DNA of 30,296 nt. Source: an uncultured Candidatus Rokubacteria bacterium (GTDB taxonomy: Bacteria > Methylomirabilota > Methylomirabilia > Rokubacteriales > CSP1-6). Shown here piece by piece: positions 25,270 through 30,296 of this stretch (position 1 is the stretch's first letter; each line of letters begins with the position of its first letter). A program made the position numbers and the translations under genes. The DNA lies in contig CAVVEU010000019.1 of assembly GCA_963747235.1 (NCBI GenBank), positions 1 through 30,296 on the forward strand, read 5' to 3'. The notes under the pieces were generated by a model. That model was given only the letters and a program-made list of their open reading frames with translations, searched no databases and was not told where the DNA came from.

Positions 25270-26498
25270 TGGCGGGCCGATGGACGGTGGTCGGCGTGTC
25301 GACCACCGTCAACGCGCTCGCGTGGGGGGCGCGATCCACGTTCGCGCTCTTCTACGTCGCGATGCTCGAGGAATTCGCGTGGGGCCGCGGCCCGACCGCG
25401 CTCGGGTACTCGCTGAGCTGGCTGGGATTCGTCTTCTTTGCCCCGCTCGCCGGCTGGCTCTCCGACCGCTGGGGAACGCGGATGGTCGTGACGGGCGGCG
25501 GCGTGATCCTCGGGGTGGCCCTGGCGCTCACGGGGCAGGTGACGTCGCTGCCGCAGTACTACCTGTGCTTCGGCCTGCTCGGCGGCGCGGGCATTGCCGG
25601 CATGCTCATCCCCTCGACGACGATCGTGACGCGGTGGTTCGTGCGGTCGCGCGGTACCGCGATGGGCGTGCTGAGCACCGGACCGGGGAGCCCGGTGGTC
25701 TTCTACCCGCTGAACGCGTGGCTCATCGAGATGCTGGGCTGGCGCACGGCGCTGGTGAGCTTCGGGGGCATCGTCGCGACCGCGACCGTCCTGCTCACGC
25801 TGCTCTATCGCGAGCCGCCGCCCCCGCATCGCCCGGCCGGCGGCGCCGCCTTCACCTCCTCCGGGGGCGCGCGGGCCCCGAGGGAAGTGTGGACGCTCCG
25901 GCGCGCGCTGCGGAGCGTCCGGCTCTGGGCGGCCTTCGTCATGACCGCGCTCGGGGTCATCGGCTTCCAGATCATGGCCACGCACCAGGTGGCCCACGCG
26001 GTGGACCAGGGCGTGCCGCGGGACACGGTGGTCTGGCTCTTCGCCCTGGCCGCCGGGTGCATGATGGCGGGCAACGTGCTCGGCGGCTGGCTCTCGGACC
26101 GAGTGGGGCGCGGATGGGTCTTCGTGGCCGGCACGGTCCTCGCGATCGTCGGGATCCTCTGCTTCGCCCAGCTGCACGGCCCCGAGGACCGCGTTCTCCT
26201 CCTGCTGTACGTGGTGTCCGCGTTCGGCTTCGGCATGCGGATCGCGCAACTCTCCACGATTCCCGCCGACGTGTTCGCCGGACCGCACCTGGGTGCCATC
26301 CTCGGGGTGGTCGGGGCGGGGGGCGGCCTGGGCGGCGCCATCGGCCCCTACCTCGCCGGCTGGCTCTTCGACGTCACCAGCAGTTATCGGCTGGCGTTCC
26401 TGGCCGCCGGTGTCGCGGTCGCGGGCTCGGCCGTCGCGGCGTGGATCGCGGCGCGGCCCACGGCCGGCGCGCCGAAGCGCCCGGAGACCGGCGCGTAG
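25266..26498 (+). CDS. MFS transporter (MCT/OFA-like)
   Basis: About 12 TM segments; GWLSDRWG and GWLSDRVGR; WFVRSRGTAMG; GWLFDVTSSY. Confidence 0.92.
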   Translation: MMAGRWTVVGVSTTVNALAWGARSTFALFYVAMLEEFAWGRGPTALGYSLSWLGFVFFAPLAGWLSDRWGTRMVVTGGGVILGVALALTGQVTSLPQYYLCFGLLGGAGIAGMLIPSTTIVTRWFVRSRGTAMGVLSTGPGSPVVFYPLNAWLIEMLGWRTALVSFGGIVATATVLLTLLYREPPPPHRPAGGAAFTSSGGARAPREVWTLRRALRSVRLWAAFVMTALGVIGFQIMATHQVAHAVDQGVPRDTVVWLFALAAGCMMAGNVLGGWLSDRVGRGWVFVAGTVLAIVGILCFAQLHGPEDRVLLLLYVVSAFGFGMRIAQLSTIPADVFAGPHLGAILGVVGAGGGLGGAIGPYLAGWLFDVTSSYRLAFLAAGVAVAGSAVAAWIAARPTAGAPKRPETGA

Positions 26499-26588
26499 CA
26501 GTCCCAGGTTGGTTGCCACATCGTGGCCGAAAGTGTTACATCAAGGGGCCATGACTCCGGAATGCGCCTTCCGCTTCGAGCTGTAGCG

Positions 26589-27572
26589 ATGCGCGCCGTC
26601 GCGATCGACGCCCACGGAGGCCTCGACCAGGTCAAGCTCCGCACGGACTGGCCCGAGCCCACCGCCGGCCCCGGCCAGGCGGTGGTCACCGTCAAGGCCT
26701 GCGGCCTCAACTACCTCGACATCTTCGTGCTCCAGGGCATGCCCGGCCTGCCGGTGGTCATGCCGCGAATTCCGGGCGGTGACATAGCCGGTGTCGTCCA
26801 CTCGGTCGGTTCCGGCGTGGGGCGCGAATGGGTCGGCCGGCGCGTGCTGATCGACCCGCACATCAAGCCGGGCGGCGCGCTGGGCGAGCACGCCAACGGC
26901 GGCCTCTGCGAGCGCATCGCGATCGAGGCCGAGAACCTGATCCACATGCCCGACGCGGTCACCTTCGAGCAGGCCGCCGCGCTGCCCATCGCCTACGGCA
27001 CGGCGTATCGCATGATGATCACGCGCGGGCAGCTCAAGGCCGGCGAGCTGGTGCTCATCCTGGGGGCGAGCGGCGGCGTCGGCACGGGCTGCGTGCAGAT
27101 CGCCAAGAACCTCAAGGCCCGCGTCATCGCCTGCGCGTCGTCGCCGGAGAAGCTCAAGCGGCTGAAGGAGCTGGGCGCCGACCACGTCATCGACTACACG
27201 AAGGAAGACTTCTCGAAGGTGGCGTGGGAGCTTTCGGGCAAGAAGGGCGTGGACGTGCTCGTGAACTACACCGGCGGCGACACCTGGGTGCCGAGCCTGC
27301 GCACGCTGGCCCGGCACGGCCGCTTGCTCACCTGCGGCGCCACCGCCGGCTACGACCCCAAGACCGACATCCGTTATATCTGGCGCCGCGAGGTCAACAT
27401 CATCGGCGCCAACGGCTGGATGCGCGAGGACCTCGAAGCCCTCCTGCGCGAAGTCGAGCGCGGCACCATCAAGCCGATCATCGATCGCGTGCTGCCCCTG
27501 GCCGACTCCGCCGAGGCCATGCGCATCCTCCAGGACCGCGAAGTCTTCGGCAAGGTGATCGTCACCCCGTGA
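26589..27572 (+). CDS. MDR family (zinc-binding dehydrogenase/quinone oxidoreductase-like) protein
   Basis: MRAVAI..HGG, ACGLNYLD, PGGDIAG, GASGGVG, LGADHVIDY, FGKVIV. Confidence 0.93.
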   Translation: MRAVAIDAHGGLDQVKLRTDWPEPTAGPGQAVVTVKACGLNYLDIFVLQGMPGLPVVMPRIPGGDIAGVVHSVGSGVGREWVGRRVLIDPHIKPGGALGEHANGGLCERIAIEAENLIHMPDAVTFEQAAALPIAYGTAYRMMITRGQLKAGELVLILGASGGVGTGCVQIAKNLKARVIACASSPEKLKRLKELGADHVIDYTKEDFSKVAWELSGKKGVDVLVNYTGGDTWVPSLRTLARHGRLLTCGATAGYDPKTDIRYIWRREVNIIGANGWMREDLEALLREVERGTIKPIIDRVLPLADSAEAMRILQDREVFGKVIVTP

Positions 27573-29146
27573 CGGTGAACGTCGGCACGCTGGTGGGCCC
27601 GACCCCTCACCCTACCCTCTCCCCAAAGGGGAGAGGGACCACCTCGACCACCACCTCCAAAACCCTCTCCCCTCAGGGGAGAGGGCAGGGTGAGGGGTGG
27701 TCCATAAGAACCGCCATCATCGATCTCTCAAAACCCGAAACCCCCCGCGAGATCACCTACAGCCAGCTAGACGCCAACTGCGACGCAGTAGCCGCCGGCC
27801 TGACCGCAAGAGGCCTAGGACGAGGCGACCGCGTAGGCATCCTCGCCCTCAACCGCACGGAGTACATCGAAGCGCTCTACGGCACGATGTGCGCCGGCGC
27901 GATCCCGGTCCCGCTCAACATCAAGCTCCCGGCCGAATCCCTCGCGTTCATCGCCAAGGACGCCAATCTGTCCCTACTGTTCGTGGACGCCGCCCACAGA
28001 AAAGTCGCCCCCGACGTCCCCACAGTAGACTTCGACGCCACCTACGCCGACTTCCTCAAGCCCGGCCCGTTCGCGGCAGTAGAACCCACGCCCGACGACA
28101 TCTGCCTCCAGCCCTACACCTCCGGCTCCACCGGCCGCCCGAAGGGCGTGCTCCTGACGCACGCGGGCCAGGCCTGGCAGATCGACGCGCTCGTCCGAGC
28201 CCGCCGCATGACGCCCGATGACCGCGTGCTCGTCGCCGCCCCGCTTTACCACAAGAACGCGCTGGTGTGGACGAAGGTCGGCATGGCCGCCGGCGCCTCG
28301 CTCGTCCTGCTGGCCCGCTTCGACCAGCGCCTCTACGTGGAGTCCATCGGCCGCTACAAGGTCACGCGCCTCTCCGGCGTGCCGACCATGTTCCACCTGA
28401 TCCTCAACGACCCGGCGCTCGCCCAGACAGACAAGAGCTCCGTGCGCTTCATCGGCGTGGGCTCTGCGCCCGCATCCCCCGCGCTCTTCGAGGCGCTCCA
28501 CCGCGCGTTCCCGAACGCGGCAGCCAGCAACGGCTACGGCGTGACCGAGGCGGGCCCGGTGATGTTCGCCGGTCATCCAGATGGCTTACCCAGGCCCGCC
28601 ACGTCCATCGGCTACCCGCTCGAGGGCTGCGAGATCCGCCTCGACCCCGGCCCCGACGAGGGCGTGCTGCTCACGCGCAACCCGGGCGTGATGGCGGCCT
28701 ATCACAACCTGCCCGAGGAGACGGCCCGGCGCCTGAAGGACGGCTGGTTCGACACCAGCGACGTCTGCCGCCGCGACGCCGACGGCTTCTACTACTTCGT
28801 CGGCCGCACCGACGACATGTTCGTCTGCGGCGGCGAGAACGTCTACCCGGGCGATGTCGAGGGCACGCTGGAGCGGCACCCGGACGTGCTGCAGGCCGCG
28901 GTGCTCCCGGTGGATCACGAGCTGAAGGGCCAGGTGCCGGTGGCCTTCGTGGTCGCGCGGGCGGGCTCCGGCCTCAGCGAGCAGGCCGTGAAGGAGTGGG
29001 CGCTGGCCCACGGTCCGGCGTACCAGCATCCGCGGCGCGTATTCCTCGTCCCCGAGCTGCCCCTGGCGGGGACGAACAAGATCGATCGCGCGGCGCTCAA
29101 GGCCCGCGCGCTGGCTGCTCAACCAGAAACCCCACGAGGAGATTGA
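27569..29146 (+). CDS. class I adenylate-forming acyl-CoA ligase with an in-frame palindromic insertion near the N-terminus
   Basis: GTGA overlap with the MDR stop; YTSGSTGRPKG, YGVTE, GRTDDM..GENVYP, GTNKIDR; the frame is open across the repeat at 27603-27697. Confidence 0.9.
   Translation: MTVNVGTLVGPTPHPTLSPKGRGTTSTTTSKTLSPQGRGQGEGWSIRTAIIDLSKPETPREITYSQLDANCDAVAAGLTARGLGRGDRVGILALNRTEYIEALYGTMCAGAIPVPLNIKLPAESLAFIAKDANLSLLFVDAAHRKVAPDVPTVDFDATYADFLKPGPFAAVEPTPDDICLQPYTSGSTGRPKGVLLTHAGQAWQIDALVRARRMTPDDRVLVAAPLYHKNALVWTKVGMAAGASLVLLARFDQRLYVESIGRYKVTRLSGVPTMFHLILNDPALAQTDKSSVRFIGVGSAPASPALFEALHRAFPNAAASNGYGVTEAGPVMFAGHPDGLPRPATSIGYPLEGCEIRLDPGPDEGVLLTRNPGVMAAYHNLPEETARRLKDGWFDTSDVCRRDADGFYYFVGRTDDMFVCGGENVYPGDVEGTLERHPDVLQAAVLPVDHELKGQVPVAFVVARAGSGLSEQAVKEWALAHGPAYQHPRRVFLVPELPLAGTNKIDRAALKARALAAQPETPRGD
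27603..27697. repeat. REP-like palindrome, full doublet, intragenic
   Basis: CCCCTCACCC-TA-CCCTCTCCCC-AAA-GGGGAGAGGG..25 nt..CCCTCTCCCC-TCA-GGGGAGAGGG-CA-GGGTGAGGGG; same family as 14211 and 14731. Confidence 0.92.
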
Positions 29147-29149
29147 CCC

Positions 29150-30296
29150 ATGTTCATCGATCGCCGGACGTTCGTGAAGGGCGCCGCCGTCGCGGGCGCG
29201 GCCGCGGTGGCCCCCCAGATCCTGGTGAAGACCGCTCGCGGCCAGGACAAGAACAAGGTGCTGTTCGTGTCCGAGGAGTCGAACCCGAAGGCCATCGCGG
29301 TCTACGAGAAGATCAACGCCGACTTCAAGAAGGAGACCGGGATCGAGGTGGTAGTGGAAACCCCCGGCTTCGCCAACATCGCCAAGCGCGTGGCCACCCT
29401 GATCGCCGCAGGCACTCCGCCCGAGATCGTCTGGTACGGCGCCGGGCAGGCGATGAACCTGGCGATGGAGAACCAGCTCGCCGACGTGGGCGACGTGATC
29501 AAGGCCACCGGCGGTGTCGCCGAGAACCAGCGCATGGTCTACAAGGGCGCCGACCGGTCGGTCCCGACCAGCCAGCAGTTCACCTACGGCTGGTACCGCA
29601 AGGACCTCTACGACGCCAAGAAGCTGTCGGCTCCCAAGAGCTGGGACGACTACCTGAAGGCGGCCAAGGCGCTCAACGACCCGCCGAACATGTACGGCTG
29701 CATCGTGCCCTCCGCGGAGACCGGCGCCTCCACGCTGCTGCTCGAGACCATGTTCATGAAGAACGACGTGCACTGGTTCGAGTGGAACGCGGGCAAGAAG
29801 GAGTACGAGGTTGCGCTCGACAAGGGTAACCAGAAGAAGCGCGCCATCGAGACGCTCGACTATCTCAACGAGCTGCACAAGTTCTCGCCCGAGGCCAGCA
29901 CCTACAACTGGGGCGAGCTGATGTCCACCTACTTCACCGAGAAGGCCGCGTCGTCGTGGTATGTGGGCTCGCGCCTGCTCGACCAGACGATCGCCAACAA
30001 CCCCAAGATCGCCGACGCCACCGTGCCCTTCGAGTTGCCAAAGAAAGTGACCGACGCGTACTACCTGTCGGTCCAGGGCTTCCACATCCTGGAGAAGTCG
30101 AACGTGGAGGGCGCCAAGAAGTACGTCACGTTCTTCCTGAAGCACCCGGACCTGATCTCCTGGTACCACGCGGTGCCGCTGCACATCATCCCGGCGAGCC
30201 GGCAGATGCTGAACTCGGCCAAGTACCAGGACAACCCGGTGATCCAGAAGCGCATGGACGTGCTGAAGTTCCTCGACTCCATCTGGACCAAGGGCG
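29150..30296 (+). CDS. ABC transporter extracellular solute-binding protein (family 1, sugar-type) with Tat signal; runs off the window
   Basis: GAGGAG RBS; MFIDRRTFVKGAAVAG twin-arginine signal; FKKETGIEV, AGTPPEI, WYRKDLY, PKSWDDYLKAAKAL. Confidence 0.9.
   Translation, partial: MFIDRRTFVKGAAVAGAAAVAPQILVKTARGQDKNKVLFVSEESNPKAIAVYEKINADFKKETGIEVVVETPGFANIAKRVATLIAAGTPPEIVWYGAGQAMNLAMENQLADVGDVIKATGGVAENQRMVYKGADRSVPTSQQFTYGWYRKDLYDAKKLSAPKSWDDYLKAAKALNDPPNMYGCIVPSAETGASTLLLETMFMKNDVHWFEWNAGKKEYEVALDKGNQKKRAIETLDYLNELHKFSPEASTYNWGELMSTYFTEKAASSWYVGSRLLDQTIANNPKIADATVPFELPKKVTDAYYLSVQGFHILEKSNVEGAKKYVTFFLKHPDLISWYHAVPLHIIPASRQMLNSAKYQDNPVIQKRMDVLKFLDSIWTKG

Noticed and set aside
26499-26588. 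Lower-GC intergenic stretch with a GCCAC-ATC-GTGGC palindrome as an ncRNA or riboswitch
   Set aside because: No recognisable RNA family motif and only a weak promoter match; it may be an operator, but that is unsupported.
26828-29146. 772-aa ORF as an MDR-ligase fusion
   Set aside because: The first ~247 aa are an off-frame overlap of the MDR gene; the real start is GTG 27569.
99-30291. Many long Arg/Pro/Ala-rich ORFs in the track (e.g. 672..2519, 6749..8422, 9232..10773, 10923..12683, 24912..26519, 28586..30184)
   Set aside because: These are shadow or antisense frames of real genes, expected at this GC content. Only segments explained by frameshifts are coding.

Overview
A very GC-rich bacterial window densely packed with about 33 genes, mostly for acyl-CoA and organic-acid catabolism. 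The gene mix and the ABC_sub_bind paralog are reminiscent of Rokubacteria/Methylomirabilota, which is an inference only. Catabolic genes: three acyl-CoA ligases, a double hot-dog dehydratase, a class III CoA-transferase, an acyl-CoA dehydrogenase, an enoyl-CoA hydratase, two SDRs, two PaaI thioesterases, an IlvD/Edd dehydratase and an MDR oxidoreductase. Also present are NamZ-like and MurQ peptidoglycan-recycling genes, a type II lumazine synthase, Ada/AlkA and transporters. About a dozen isolated single-base frameshifts look like long-read consensus errors. The ORF track misses four things. (1) A UGSC-family selenoprotein (8594-9121, in-frame TGA at 8870, with a clear downstream SECIS-like hairpin) lies in a translationally coupled IclR / uncharacterised partner / UGSC operon divergent from a CoA-transferase. 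(2) A second UxxC selenoprotein candidate, DsrE-like, has its TGA at 17781. (3) Two palindromic REP-like repeat families occur; one brackets a hydrolase gene as a 16-bp inverted repeat, and the other is inserted in-frame in an acyl-CoA ligase and followed by a strand-biased tract of A-ending codons. (4) Several sigma70-like promoters imply leaderless mRNAs. No rRNA, tRNA, CRISPR or transposase was seen.
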